Source of the DNA: Collinsella sp.
GTDB taxonomy: Bacteria; Actinomycetota; Coriobacteriia; Coriobacteriales; Coriobacteriaceae
DNA: 64,000 nucleotides
Reading direction: 5' to 3'
Assembly (NCBI GenBank): GCA_018363345.1
Contig: JAGZNZ010000002.1
Location: 13,529 to 77,528, forward strand
Part shown: positions 9,018-18,918 of the stretch, one piece after another
How positions within the stretch are numbered: position 1 is the stretch's first letter
How the letters are laid out: every line of letters begins with the position of its first letter
Translations under genes and position numbers: made by a program
The notes under the pieces: model-generated
The model's database searches: none
What the model was told of the DNA's origin: nothing
Seen by the model: only the letters and a program-made list of their open reading frames with translations

Positions 9018-9180
9018 CATAACCCAAAGTCCCCCATAACAGAAAAAGAGGCCCATCAAAAAGAATGAGCCCCTCACGTTGACAATATCAGCCTTTACCC
9101 GCTTGCAGCGAGATCAAGGCCACAACCCAGTGGCCCTAACACGCCAGATGCAAACAACAACGTAAACGAACTAGGAGCGG

Positions 9181-9281
9181 CCCGATGCTTTGCTCGCCGC
9201 AAGTTCCGCACGCAAAGGACAGCACTTAATGTGCTGTCCGTCTTGCGCAGGACTGTCCGCAGCGGAGAGCAAAGCATCGGG
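9181..9281. repeat. About 100-nt composite hairpin: a 15-bp perfect outer stem (CCCGATGCTTTGCTC/GAGCAAAGCATCGGG) enclosing an inner 9-bp hairpin GGACAGCAC-TTAA-GTGCTGTCC, between valS and folC.
   Basis: Inverted repeats read directly. It lies immediately downstream of the valS stop (9301) on the minus strand and could act as a terminator or processing site. Confidence 0.5.
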
Positions 9282-9300
9282 ACGCGCCCCCGAGTGAACC

Positions 9301-11997
9301 TTACGAGAAGTCAGCAACCTGAGCAGTCAGCGCCGCCAGGATCTCCTTGAGCTCAGCTGCACGGTCCCTCTTCTTCTGGACCACCGCAGGCGCGGCCTTG
9401 GCAACAAAGCCCTCGTTAGCAAGGGTCTTCTCGCAGCCGGCGAGCTCCTTCTGCGCAGCGGCGATCTCCTTCTCCAGGCGCGCCTTCTCGGCCGAAAGAT
9501 CAACCTTGCCCTCGAGCACCACAAAGACCTCGACACCGCTGTCGACCACGGCGATGCTCGCAGCCGGCTTCTCGACGTCGGTACCCATGACCAGCGAAGC
9601 GGTGTTCGCCAGCGGCTCGATGGTCGAACGCAGGCTCTCGAGCTTCTCGGTGTCCTCGGCGCCGGCGCGCACGACCACGTCGAGCTCGGCCTTGGGGCTC
9701 AAGCGATAACGCGAACGCGTGGCGCGAGCGGCAGACACGACGGTGCGGCACAGCTCAAACGCGCGCTCGGCGTCCTCGTCAACATACTTGTCGTAGTCGG
9801 CGGGCTCGGGCCACTTGGCGATCATGAGCGCCTCGGCGCGGTTCACGTTGCCCTCGGCGTCCAGGTCAAGCACACTCGCCGGCATGTTGTCCCAGATCTC
9901 CTCGGTGACAAACGGCATGAGCGGATGCATCAGGCGAATGGAGGTGTCGAGCACAAAGATCAGGTTGCGCTGAGCCTGCAGACGGCCCTCGCCCTTCAGG
10001 CGGGCCTTGGTGACCTCGACGTACCAGTCGCAGACCTCGTTCCAGAAGAACTGCTGCACGCCGCGGGCCATGTCGCCAAAGGTGTACTGCTCGATACCCT
10101 CGGTGACCATCTTCACGGCCTTGGCCAGGCGGCTGAACATCCAAGCGTCGGCCGGCGTCTCCACGACGGGCTCGCCGGGCGTGTAGCCCTCCATGTTCAT
10201 GAGCAGGAAGCGGCTGGCGTTCCAGATCTTGGTCACAAACGACTTGGCCTGGTCGGTACGCGGGCTGTCGATAAGCTTCTTGGTCTTCTTATCGATGTTC
10301 GCGTCAAACTTGACGTCCTGGTTGTTGGTGCACAGCGTGAGCAGGTTATAGCGCATCGCGTCGGCGCCGTACATACCGATGAGGTCCATGGGGTCAACGC
10401 CGTTACCCTTGGACTTGGACATGCGGCTGCCGTCCTTGGCAAGGATCGTCGGGTAGATGACGACGTCCTTAAACGGTACCTCGTCCAAGAAGTACAACGA
10501 GCTCATGACCATGCGGGCGACCCACAACGCGATGATGTCGCGCGCGGTGACGAGCGCCGTCGTGGGGTGATGGCCCTCAAGCAGCTCCGGCTTTTGCGGC
10601 CAGCCCTGCGTGGCAAAGGTCCACAGCTGCGAGCTGAACCAGGTGTCCAGCACGTTCTCGTCCTGATGCACGTGATGGCCGCCGCACTTGGGGCACACGT
10701 CAGTGTCCTCGGTGAGGGCGTCCTCCCAGCCGCAGTCCTCGCAGTAGAACACAGGGATGCGGTGGCCCCACCACAGCTGGCGGCTGATGCACCAGTCCTT
10801 GAGGTTCTCCATCCAGGTGGTGTAGGTCTGCGTCCAGCGCGCGGGGTGGAAGGTGACCTTGCCGGAGTTAACGGCGTCGAGTGCCGGCCCCTTGAGCTTG
10901 TCGACGGCCACAAACCACTGCTCGGACAGCCACGGCTCCAGCGCGGAGTCGCAACGGTAGCAGTGCATGACGGAGTGGTCGAGCTCTTCGACGTGGTCGA
11001 GCAGGTCGTGCTCCTCGAACCACTTGATGACCGCCTCGCGGCACTCGTCGCGGTTCATGCCGGTGAACTCGCCATAGCCCTCGACGACCACCGCGTGCTC
11101 GTCGAAGATGTTGATCTGCGGCAGGTCGTGCGCCTGACCCATGGCGTAGTCGTTGGGGTCGTGGGCCGGGGTAACCTTGACAAAGCCGGAACCGAAGTTG
11201 GCGTCGACATGCCAATCCTCAAAGATGGGGATCTCGCGGTCGACGATGGGGAGCTTGACGGTCTTACCCACAAAGGCGGCCTTCTCGGGGTCCTTCGGGG
11301 AGACGGCAACGCCCGTGTCGCCGAGCATGGTCTCGGGGCGCGTGGTGGCGACGACGATGTAGTCCTGGCCGTTGACCGGCTCGGTCAGCGGGTAGCGCAG
11401 GTGCCACAGGTGGCCCTTCTCGTCCTTATACTCGGCCTCGTCGTCCGAGATGGCGGTGGTGCAGTTGGGGCACCAGTTGACGATACGCTTGCCACGGTAG
11501 ATCAGGCCGTCGTGGTACCAGTCGCAGAAGACCTTACGCACGGCCTGGGCGTAATCCTCGTCCATGGTGAAGCGCTCGTTGTCGAAGTCGACGGAGCAGC
11601 CCATGCGCTTGATCTGCTCGACGATGATGCCGCCGTACTCGTGGGTCCAGTCCCAGCAGGCGTCGACAAACTTGTCGCGACCGATCTCCAGGCGGCTGAT
11701 ACCCTCGCTCTTGAGCTTCTTGTCGACCTTGGTCTGCGTGGCGATACCGGCGTGATCGGTGCCCAGCACCCAGCGCGTGGACTTGCCGCGCATGCGGGCC
11801 ATACGGACGATGGCGTCCTGGATGGAGTCATCGGTGGCATGGCCCATGTGGAGCTTGCCAGTCACGTTGGGAGGCGGAATGGTGACGGTGCAGTCGCCCA
11901 CGCCCTCACGGCGCTTGTAGTAGCCGCCGTCAAGCCACTTCTGCAGGATCGCCGGCTCGTTGGTCGACGGATCGTAGTTCTTGGGCATTTCTTCCAT
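9301..11997 (-). CDS. valS: Valyl-tRNA synthetase.
   Basis: 898 aa. HMGH motif (PNVTGKLHMGHA), KMSKS motif (SRMSKSKGNGVDP), and a C-terminal coiled-coil typical of ValRS. Confidence 0.95.
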   Translation of the reverse strand: MEEMPKNYDPSTNEPAILQKWLDGGYYKRREGVGDCTVTIPPPNVTGKLHMGHATDDSIQDAIVRMARMRGKSTRWVLGTDHAGIATQTKVDKKLKSEGISRLEIGRDKFVDACWDWTHEYGGIIVEQIKRMGCSVDFDNERFTMDEDYAQAVRKVFCDWYHDGLIYRGKRIVNWCPNCTTAISDDEAEYKDEKGHLWHLRYPLTEPVNGQDYIVVATTRPETMLGDTGVAVSPKDPEKAAFVGKTVKLPIVDREIPIFEDWHVDANFGSGFVKVTPAHDPNDYAMGQAHDLPQINIFDEHAVVVEGYGEFTGMNRDECREAVIKWFEEHDLLDHVEELDHSVMHCYRCDSALEPWLSEQWFVAVDKLKGPALDAVNSGKVTFHPARWTQTYTTWMENLKDWCISRQLWWGHRIPVFYCEDCGWEDALTEDTDVCPKCGGHHVHQDENVLDTWFSSQLWTFATQGWPQKPELLEGHHPTTALVTARDIIALWVARMVMSSLYFLDEVPFKDVVIYPTILAKDGSRMSKSKGNGVDPMDLIGMYGADAMRYNLLTLCTNNQDVKFDANIDKKTKKLIDSPRTDQAKSFVTKIWNASRFLLMNMEGYTPGEPVVETPADAWMFSRLAKAVKMVTEGIEQYTFGDMARGVQQFFWNEVCDWYVEVTKARLKGEGRLQAQRNLIFVLDTSIRLMHPLMPFVTEEIWDNMPASVLDLDAEGNVNRAEALMIAKWPEPADYDKYVDEDAERAFELCRTVVSAARATRSRYRLSPKAELDVVVRAGAEDTEKLESLRSTIEPLANTASLVMGTDVEKPAASIAVVDSGVEVFVVLEGKVDLSAEKARLEKEIAAAQKELAGCEKTLANEGFVAKAAPAVVQKKRDRAAELKEILAALTAQVADFS

Positions 11998-12017
11998 ATA
12001 TCTCTCCCTGTCCCGCC

Positions 12018-12130
12018 GGCGTGTCCGCCTGCTTGGTTTTCGCTCGGTCAGGTCCTGGCTCGCACGAAGAGCACATTTAGTGCTCTTCGGCTCGTGCGGA
12101 ATCTACGAAAACCAAGCAGGCGGACACGCC
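12018..12130. repeat. 113-nt hairpin with a 25-bp perfect outer stem (GGCGTGTCCGCCTGCTTGGTTTTCG / CGAAAACCAAGCAGGCGGACACGCC) and an inner GAAGAGCAC-ATTTA-GTGCTCTTC hairpin, 20 nt upstream of the valS start.
   Basis: Read directly. Its architecture mirrors the 9181..9281 element on the other side of valS. Confidence 0.5.
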
Positions 12131-12216
12131 TTAGGTATCGATTACTTCAGTCTGATATGACTTCGCTGAGGCTTAAACAAACACACAGAATAACACAGGT
12201 AGTTGGGGTTATTGCG

Positions 12217-12260
12217 TATATATAAAATAGCCTCCGACCGCGGATGGTCGGAGGCTATTT
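12217..12260 (-). terminator. Intrinsic terminator of clpX (15-bp stem AAATAGCCTCCGACC/GGTCGGAGGCTATTT, then a T-rich run on the minus strand).
   Basis: Perfect stem with a 6-nt loop. The minus-strand transcript continues TTTTATATATA. Confidence 0.6.
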
Positions 12261-12281
12261 GCAAGCACGTTTTTGGCTGGT

Positions 12282-13688
12282 TTACCCGTAGATGCGTTGG
12301 GGCTGTTCTTCGCCCTTAACCGCCGCTTCGGTTACGACGACCTTGGCGACACCCTCCTCGCTGGGGAGGTCGAACATCGTCTGCTGAAGCACGTCTTCGC
12401 AGATGGCGCGCAGGCCGCGGGCGCCGGTCTTGCGAGCGAGCGCCATGCGGGCGATCTCGTGCAGGGCGGCGTCCTCAAACTCAAGCTCAACATCCTCGAG
12501 CTGGAACATCTTGCGGTACTGACGAACCACAGCGTTCTTGGGCTCGGTCAGGATCGACACCAGGTCGTCCTCGTCAAGCGCCTGCGTCTGGGTGACGACG
12601 GGCGTACGGCCCACGAACTCGGGGATCATGCCAAAGGCGTTGAGGTCCTGCGGGAGCACCTGACGCAGCAGGTCGTTCTCGTCGACCGAGGTGGGGCCGG
12701 CGATCTCGGAGTTAAAGCCCACGCCCTTGTTGCCCACGCGGTCGGCGATGATCTTGTCCAGGCCCACAAAGGCACCGCCGCAGATGAACAGGATGTTGGT
12801 CGTGTCGATCTGCAGCAGCTCCTGCTGGGGATGCTTGCGGCCGCCGGTGGGAGGAACGCTTGCCACCGTGCCCTCAAGAATCTTAAGCAGCGCCTGCTGA
12901 ACACCCTCGCCCGAGACATCGCGGGTAATGGAGAGGTTCTCGGCCTTGCGGGCGATCTTGTCAATCTCGTCCACATAGATAATGCCCACCTGAGCGCGCT
13001 CAATGTCGCCATCGGCAGCATTGATAAGCTTGAGCAGGATGTTCTCCACGTCCTCGCCCACATAGCCGGCCTCGGTGAGCGCGGTGGCATCGGCGATGGC
13101 AAACGGCACCTCGAGGATGCGCGCGAGCGTCTGGGCGAGCAGGGTCTTGCCGGTACCGGTGGGACCGAGCAGCAGGATGTTGGACTTGGCGAGCTCCACC
13201 TCGTCCATGTCATCGTCAAGCTGCGAGTCCAAACCGTCGTCAAAGGCCGAAAGCGCAGCACCGCCCTCGATGACGCGGCGGTAATGGTTGTACACGGCAA
13301 CCGACATGGCGCGCTTGGCGTCCTCTTGGCCCATGACATAAGCCGAAAGCTCGTCATAGATCTCGTGCGGCGTCGGCACGTGCGTGATGACCTGGCGGTC
13401 GTCCTCGAGCTCAAAGCCCTCGGCCTCGGGGTCCACGGCGGGCTGCCCAGCAGCCTGACCGTGATCGTTGAGGAAGCCCGGCAGCTTGCCGTTGCGGGCA
13501 GCGTCCATAAAGTCCGAAGCCAGCGACTCCTCCAAGATCTCAGAGCAAGCGGCGACGCACTCGTCACAGATAAAGATGTTGGTCGGACCCTTTACGAGGC
13601 GACGAACCTGGCCCTGCTCTTTTCCGCAGAAGGAGCAGCGGATGGGGTTGCCGTTCTCGTCAAAGTTGTCCTGCATGTTTCCTGCCAT
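12282..13688 (-). CDS. clpX: ATP-dependent Clp protease ATP-binding subunit ClpX.
   Basis: N-terminal zinc finger CSFCGK...CDEC, Walker [12 protein letters not shown], and the GYVG pore motif (GYVGEDVEN). Confidence 0.95.
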   Translation of the reverse strand: MAGNMQDNFDENGNPIRCSFCGKEQGQVRRLVKGPTNIFICDECVAACSEILEESLASDFMDAARNGKLPGFLNDHGQAAGQPAVDPEAEGFELEDDRQVITHVPTPHEIYDELSAYVMGQEDAKRAMSVAVYNHYRRVIEGGAALSAFDDGLDSQLDDDMDEVELAKSNILLLGPTGTGKTLLAQTLARILEVPFAIADATALTEAGYVGEDVENILLKLINAADGDIERAQVGIIYVDEIDKIARKAENLSITRDVSGEGVQQALLKILEGTVASVPPTGGRKHPQQELLQIDTTNILFICGGAFVGLDKIIADRVGNKGVGFNSEIAGPTSVDENDLLRQVLPQDLNAFGMIPEFVGRTPVVTQTQALDEDDLVSILTEPKNAVVRQYRKMFQLEDVELEFEDAALHEIARMALARKTGARGLRAICEDVLQQTMFDLPSEEGVAKVVVTEAAVKGEEQPQRIYG

Positions 13689-13689
13689 C

Positions 13690-14340
13690 CTAGGCGTCCT
13701 TCGCGGCGAGGTCGCGCGAGGTAACGATACGGTCGATCAGGCCGTAGTCGAGGGCCTCGGCAGCGGTCAGGTAGTTGTCGCGCTCGGTATCGGCCTGGAC
13801 CTTCTCGATGGGCTGGCCCGAGGCGTCGGACAGGATCTGGTTGAGCTCGCGACGGGTCTTCTTGATCTCCTCGGCAACGATCTCGATCTCGGTCTGCTGG
13901 CCCTGGGCACCGCCGCTGGGCTGGTGAATCATGACCTTGGAGTGCGGCAGGCAGAAGCGCTTGCCCTTGGCGCCGGCCGAAAGCAGCACGGCGGCCATAG
14001 ACGCGGCCATACCGACGCAGATGGTAGAGACCTGCGGCTTGATAAAGTTCATGGTGTCAAGAATCGCCAGGCCGGAGTAGACCTCGCCACCGGGCGAATT
14101 GATGTAGAGCGAGATATCCTTCTCGGCATCCTGGCTCTCAAGATGCAGCAGCTGGGCAACGACCAGGTTGGCGCTGACGGAGTTGATCTCCTCGCCCAAG
14201 AAGATGATGCGGTCGTTGAGCAGGCGCGAATAGATATCGTAGCTGCGCTCGCCGCGCGGTGTCTGCTCGATAACGTATGGCACGAGGGCGGAATCGAACT
14301 TAGCGATCATACGCATCTCCATTTCTCTCTTGCGGACCAA
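13690..14340 (-). CDS. clpP: ATP-dependent Clp protease proteolytic subunit ClpP (exact start uncertain: several in-frame Met codons in the first 12 codons).
   Basis: Catalytic region [11 protein letters not shown] (Ser) and HQPSGG (His). Sits in the canonical tig-clpP-clpX order. Confidence 0.9.
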   Translation of the reverse strand: MVRKREMEMRMIAKFDSALVPYVIEQTPRGERSYDIYSRLLNDRIIFLGEEINSVSANLVVAQLLHLESQDAEKDISLYINSPGGEVYSGLAILDTMNFIKPQVSTICVGMAASMAAVLLSAGAKGKRFCLPHSKVMIHQPSGGAQGQQTEIEIVAEEIKKTRRELNQILSDASGQPIEKVQADTERDNYLTAAEALDYGLIDRIVTSRDLAAKDA

Positions 14341-14350
14341 ATTGGTTCTA

Positions 14351-14392
14351 GATAAACGTACGGTGCCCGCATGCTATGCATTGGCTGGCACC
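14351..14392 (-). terminator. Hairpin (11-bp stem CGTACGGTGCC/GGCACCGTACG, 20-nt loop) between tig and clpP; possible partial terminator.
   Basis: Read directly. Only a short T-run (TTTATCT) follows on the minus strand. Confidence 0.3.
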
Positions 14393-14473
14393 GTACGAAG
14401 CAACCGGATAACCGGTGTATAACTTTACCCCATCACGGGCACACGCATGCGCTCGTGGGCAATGTGGCGAGAA

Positions 14474-15786
14474 TTACTCGGCGTCCTTGGCGGTCTCGTC
14501 GACCTCGGTCACCTTGGCGTTCTCGACCAGGTGGTCGACGGCCTTGGAGCGACGGATGGACTCGCGGACGGCAGGCATGCGGCCATCGGCGATGAACTCG
14601 GCCTTGGAAGCCTCGACGTCCTTGACGCCAGCCTTCTCGAACTCGGCGTTGATGTCGTCCTCGGTGACCTCGATCTTGAGCTCGCGGGCGAGGGCGTCGA
14701 GAGCCAGGGACTCGCGGGCGACGTCGTTGGCCTGCTTGTGCAGGTCGCCGATGAACTGCTCCATGGTCAGGCCGGAAGCGGGCAGCCAGGTGTCCAGCGT
14801 CATGCCACGGGCAGCGAGGTTGGACAGGAAGTTCTGGCCAAGCTCCTCAAAGACGGACTGCTCGTAGTCGGCGTCCATCTCGTCGAGCTGCAGGCGCTCG
14901 GCGAGAGCGGAGACGCAACGGTTCTCCTTCTCGGCCGGGAGGCGGGAAGCCTTGTCCTGCTCGATCTCGATCTTGATAGCGTCGCGCATGGCGTCGATGC
15001 TATCGAAACCAAAATCGGACTTGACGAGCTCGTCGGTGAGCTCGGGGGTGTTGCGGACCTTGATGCCCTTGACGGCGACCTCGACGGTGTGGGTCTCGGC
15101 CTCCTCGCCCTCCTCGACCTCGTCGGTCCAGGTAACGGTCTTGACGTCGTCAACGTTAGCGCCGATCAGGGCCTCGTTGAACTCCTTGGGGTTGCTGTCG
15201 CTACCGGCGATGAGCATGCGGCCCTCGGCGGCAAAGTTGTCGGCGTTCTCGACGGCCTTGAGGTCGACGGTGACGTAGTCCTCGGCCTCGACGGCGCGAC
15301 CCTCGACGTCCTCGAAGGTGGCACGGTAGTTGAGGAGCATCTCGACCTGATTGTTGATCTCGGACTCGGTGACCTCCGCAGGGGGCATCTCGATCTCGAC
15401 AGCGTCGAAGGAGGAGAGCTCAGCGGCGGGACGCAGGGAGAACTCGACGGTGTAGGTGTAGTCCTCGTGATCCTTGGCGAGGTCGAGCTCCTTGTAGTCA
15501 CCGCTCTTGGTGGGGACGATGTCCAGCTCGTTGAGGACGGCGGGCTCGTTGGCGGCGATCAGGTCGTTGGTGGCCTGAGCGAGGGTAGCCTCGGCGCCAA
15601 GAGCAGAGTCGATGACCGGACGGGGAGCCTTACCGGCGCGGAAGCCCGGGAAGCGGTACTTCTTGGCGGTGTCCTTGTAGGCCTTCTTGATCGCGGCGTC
15701 GACGTCGGCGGCCGGGATGGTGACCGTAGCGGTGAGCTTGGCGTCCTTGACGTCAGAAGCGGTGATGTTCAACACGTTCCTCCTCA
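14474..15786 (-). CDS. tig: Trigger factor (ribosome-associated PPIase chaperone).
   Basis: Typical length and acidic composition, with the N-terminal ribosome-binding region. Start chosen at MRRNVLNITA; the longer track ORF (to 16000) would read through the tRNA-Leu gene and is rejected. Confidence 0.85.
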
Positions 15787-15862
15787 TACTGCCCAGCTTA
15801 TCTGAGGTGCTGGTACCTTTATGCAACAAGCGTCGCGAGGGCATAAGCCGACGCGGGTGCGT

Positions 15863-15946
15863 TGGTGCGGGCGAAAGGACTCGAACCTTCACGGGAATCC
15901 CACCAGAACCTAAATCTGGCGCGTCTACCAATTCCGCCACGCCCGC
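15863..15946 (-). tRNA. tRNA-Leu (anticodon UAG), long variable arm, CCA encoded.
   Basis: Hand-folded: acceptor GCGGGCG/CGCCCGC, anticodon stem CCAGA/TCTGG, loop TTTAGGT, T-loop GGTTCGAGTCC, 3' CGCCCGCACCA. Confidence 0.85.
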
Positions 15947-16029
15947 ATGAGCGCACAGATTAGGAATGATAGCAGATACGAGCGGCAAGCGCACGCACAC
16001 GTTTTACAGGCTCACGACCTCACCACGAG

Positions 16030-16057
16030 TGCAAAAGGCGGGGCGAGTTGCCCCGCC
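16030..16057 (-). terminator. Intrinsic terminator downstream of the aldehyde-oxidoreductase operon (stem GGCGGGGC/GCCCCGCC followed by TTTTGC on the minus strand).
   Basis: Read directly. Confidence 0.5.
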
Positions 16058-16086
16058 CCGCCAATTACGGCTTGTTCGCCGACCTG

Positions 16087-18918
16087 CTACTCCCCCAGCA
16101 GGGCCTTCTCGGGCGTGATGGGCAGCGAGCGAACCTGGTGACCGGTGGCGTGCGCCACGGCCGAGGCAACGGCGGCGAGCGGCGTGTTGATGACGACCTC
16201 GCCGATCGACTTGGCGCCAAACGGACCCGTCGGCTCGTAGCTCGGCTCAAAGGCCACGCGAATGCTGCCGATATCCAGGCGCGTGGGCAGCTTGTAGCTC
16301 ATAAAGTTGCCGGTGCGCAGGCGACCGCGGTCGTCATGCTCGACGATCTCGTAGAGCGCGTGGCCGATGCCCTGGGCAATGCCGCCCTCGGCCTGGACGC
16401 GCGCGAGCGCCTCGTTGATCACGGTGCCGCAGTCCACGGCCGCCGCGTAATCCACCACAGTCACCTTGCCGGTGGCCTTGTCGACCTCGACCTCGGCAAT
16501 GCCGGCCATAAACGGTGGAGGCGAAACGGGCAGGCAGGCAGAGGCATGCGAGGTGAGCGCGTCGCCGCCCGCGATGTTCTTGACGCACAGGTTGGCAAAG
16601 TCGCGCAGCGTGAGGTAGCGGCCGCGCTCGCGGGCGGCGCGCTCGTCGGACAGACGCACGTACTGGCCATCGAAGACCACGTCGGTGGCGTCCACGTCCC
16701 ACATCTGGGCGGCCTTGGCGCAAATCCTCTCGCGCAGCTCGGTCGCGGCGTTCTTGGCAGCAAGGCCCGTCACATACGTGCCCGAGCTCGCATACGAGCC
16801 GGCGTCGAACGGCGACACGTCGGTGTCTACGCCGCGCACCACGATCTGCGAGCTCTCCACGCCCAGCTCCTCGGCGGCAATCTGCGCCAAGATCGTGTCG
16901 ACGCCCATGCCGTTATCGGTAGCGCCGGTGCCGATGGTAATGAAGCCGTCCTCTTCCAGGCGCATGTCGATACCGGCGATATCCACGTTGGAAATGCCCG
17001 AGCCCTGCATGGTGAGCGCGCAGCCCAGAGCACGCACGCGGTCGCCCAGGTCGACGGCCAGCGGCTTGTCGCGCCAACCGATCATGTCCATCGCGCGCAG
17101 CAGGCAGCGGTCGAGCGCGCAGGCGTTGAGCTTCTCGTTGTAGTACTGCGGCATGATCTCGCCCTCGCGCACGATGTTCTTAAGGCGCAGGTCGGCGGGG
17201 TCCATGTGCAGCATGTCGGCGAGCTCGTTGACGGCGCTCTCCACGGCAAACTGGCCCTGGGTGGCACCGTAGCCGCGATACGCGCCGCCGCGGTTGGTGT
17301 TGGTGTAGACGGCGTCCCAGCTAAAGCGGCTCGCCTTCACATGGTTGTAGATAGGCAGGCTCTTGTGGCCCGAAAGGCCGATCGTCGTGGTGGCGTGCTC
17401 GCCGTAAGCGCCGGCGTTGGACAACGTGTGCAGATCGATGGCCGTGATGGTGCCGTCGTTCATGGCGCCCAGCTTGACGGTCATCTGCATCTGGTGGCGC
17501 GAGTTGCCCGCGGTGATGGTCTCCTCGCGGGTGTAGCAGCAATAGCTCGGACGGCCGGTCTGCTGGGTCACAAACGCCACGAAGATCTCGCAGCAGCCCG
17601 TCTGCTTGGAGCCAAAGCCGCCACCAATGCGCGGCTTAATAACCTGCACCTGCGACTGCGGAATGTCGAGCGACTGCGCGACCATGCGGCGCACGTGGAA
17701 GGGCACCTGCGTGGAGGAGGTCACCGAGATGCGGCCGAACGCGTCGGTCGTCGCGAAGGCACGGAAGGTCTCCATGGGCGCGGTCTGCGTGGCCTGGCTG
17801 GTGTAGGTGCGCTCAAAGACGATGTCGCTCTGGGCGAAGGCCTCGTCCAGGTCGCCAAAATCGCTGGTACCGCTGCACACCAGGTTGCGCGGGACATCGC
17901 CGCCCTGCGGGAACATAAAGGTCACGTCGCCCTCGGGGTGGACCACGATGTCGTTATCGAGTGCCTTGGTAAAGTCGAGCAGCGGCTCGAGCACCTCGTA
18001 GTCGACCTTGATGAGCTTGAGTGCCTTGTCGGCGGCCTCCTCGGTTTCGGCGGCAACGATCGCCACCTCCTCGTTTTGGTAACGCACGAGGTTCTCGAGG
18101 ATCAGACGGTCGTAGGGACTCGGCTGCGGATAGCTCTGACCGGCGATGGTAAAGCGGCGCTTGGGCACGTCCTCGTAAGTGTAAACGCCCACGACGCCGG
18201 GCACCTTCAGGGCGCGCGACGTATCGATGGAGCGGATCTTGGCGCGGGCATAGGGGCTGCGCTTGAGTTTGACGATCAGGGCGCCGGCGGGCACCATATC
18301 GCCCGTGTAAACGGGACGGCCCTCGAGCAGCGCCTTCGAGTCCTTCTTGGGCTGCTTATGGGTGATCTGCTTGTACGAGACACCGTCGCAGCTGGTGTCG
18401 TTGACCGGCAGCTCGGGCATCTCAAAGCCCACCTGCACGCCGGACTCGTTGAGGAAGCGGACAATGGCGCGCAGCTGGCTCTCGTAGCCGCTGCAGCGGC
18501 AGAGGTTGCCGGCGAGCTGGCGCGAGAGCTCCTCGCGCGTGGCGACGAGCGTCGGGTCCTCCTTGGCGGCGCGGGCGAGCGCCAGCACGTTCATGATGAG
18601 GCCGGGAGCGCAAAAACCGCACTGCTCGGCGCCTTCGGCAGCCATTGCGCGGGCAAGCGCCTCGGACTCGGCCTTGAGGCCCTCGAGCGTGGTGATGGAG
18701 CGGCCCTCGACGCGCGCGGCGGGAACCGAGCAGCTCAGCACCGGGTCGCCGTCGAGCCACACCGTGCACAGGCCGCAGTTGGTGGTTTCGCAGGCACAGC
18801 GCACCGACGCGCAACCCTGCTCGCGCAGCAGCGCAAAGAGCATGGTATCGGGGGCAATCTGAACCTTGACCTTGCGGCCGTTGAGTGTAAAGGAAAGATC
18901 GATGAGTTTGGCAGCCAT
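16087..18918 (-). CDS. Xanthine-dehydrogenase-family molybdoenzyme with a fused N-terminal 2x[2Fe-2S] domain (aldehyde-oxidoreductase / MOP-like architecture, 943 aa).
   Basis: N-terminal ferredoxin-like CGLCTV and CGFCAPG...CRCSGY motifs. Large C-terminal molybdopterin-binding domain (GGGFGSK motif). Length and domain order match Desulfovibrio-type aldehyde oxidoreductase. Confidence 0.85.
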   Translation of the reverse strand: MAAKLIDLSFTLNGRKVKVQIAPDTMLFALLREQGCASVRCACETTNCGLCTVWLDGDPVLSCSVPAARVEGRSITTLEGLKAESEALARAMAAEGAEQCGFCAPGLIMNVLALARAAKEDPTLVATREELSRQLAGNLCRCSGYESQLRAIVRFLNESGVQVGFEMPELPVNDTSCDGVSYKQITHKQPKKDSKALLEGRPVYTGDMVPAGALIVKLKRSPYARAKIRSIDTSRALKVPGVVGVYTYEDVPKRRFTIAGQSYPQPSPYDRLILENLVRYQNEEVAIVAAETEEAADKALKLIKVDYEVLEPLLDFTKALDNDIVVHPEGDVTFMFPQGGDVPRNLVCSGTSDFGDLDEAFAQSDIVFERTYTSQATQTAPMETFRAFATTDAFGRISVTSSTQVPFHVRRMVAQSLDIPQSQVQVIKPRIGGGFGSKQTGCCEIFVAFVTQQTGRPSYCCYTREETITAGNSRHQMQMTVKLGAMNDGTITAIDLHTLSNAGAYGEHATTTIGLSGHKSLPIYNHVKASRFSWDAVYTNTNRGGAYRGYGATQGQFAVESAVNELADMLHMDPADLRLKNIVREGEIMPQYYNEKLNACALDRCLLRAMDMIGWRDKPLAVDLGDRVRALGCALTMQGSGISNVDIAGIDMRLEEDGFITIGTGATDNGMGVDTILAQIAAEELGVESSQIVVRGVDTDVSPFDAGSYASSGTYVTGLAAKNAATELRERICAKAAQMWDVDATDVVFDGQYVRLSDERAARERGRYLTLRDFANLCVKNIAGGDALTSHASACLPVSPPPFMAGIAEVEVDKATGKVTVVDYAAAVDCGTVINEALARVQAEGGIAQGIGHALYEIVEHDDRGRLRTGNFMSYKLPTRLDIGSIRVAFEPSYEPTGPFGAKSIGEVVINTPLAAVASAVAHATGHQVRSLPITPEKALLGE

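Noticed and set aside
9925-12225. 766-aa plus-strand ORF
   Set aside because: Antisense to valS, with low-complexity Gly/Ala/Val/Leu/Asp composition typical of reverse-frame GC-rich ORFs. The same reasoning rejects the antisense ORFs 3287..5143, 14447..15805, 16048..18921, 20101..21204, 21610..22788, 23835..25031, 25716..27323, 28823..30337, 30139..31737, 31930..35997, 38270..40618, 41265..43007, 46077..47417 and the many short overlapping ORFs.
14474-16000. 508-aa trigger-factor ORF with a long N-terminal extension
   Set aside because: The extension (codons 1-71) is the antisense translation of a tRNA-Leu gene (15863..15946). The start was moved to MRRNVLNITA at 15786.
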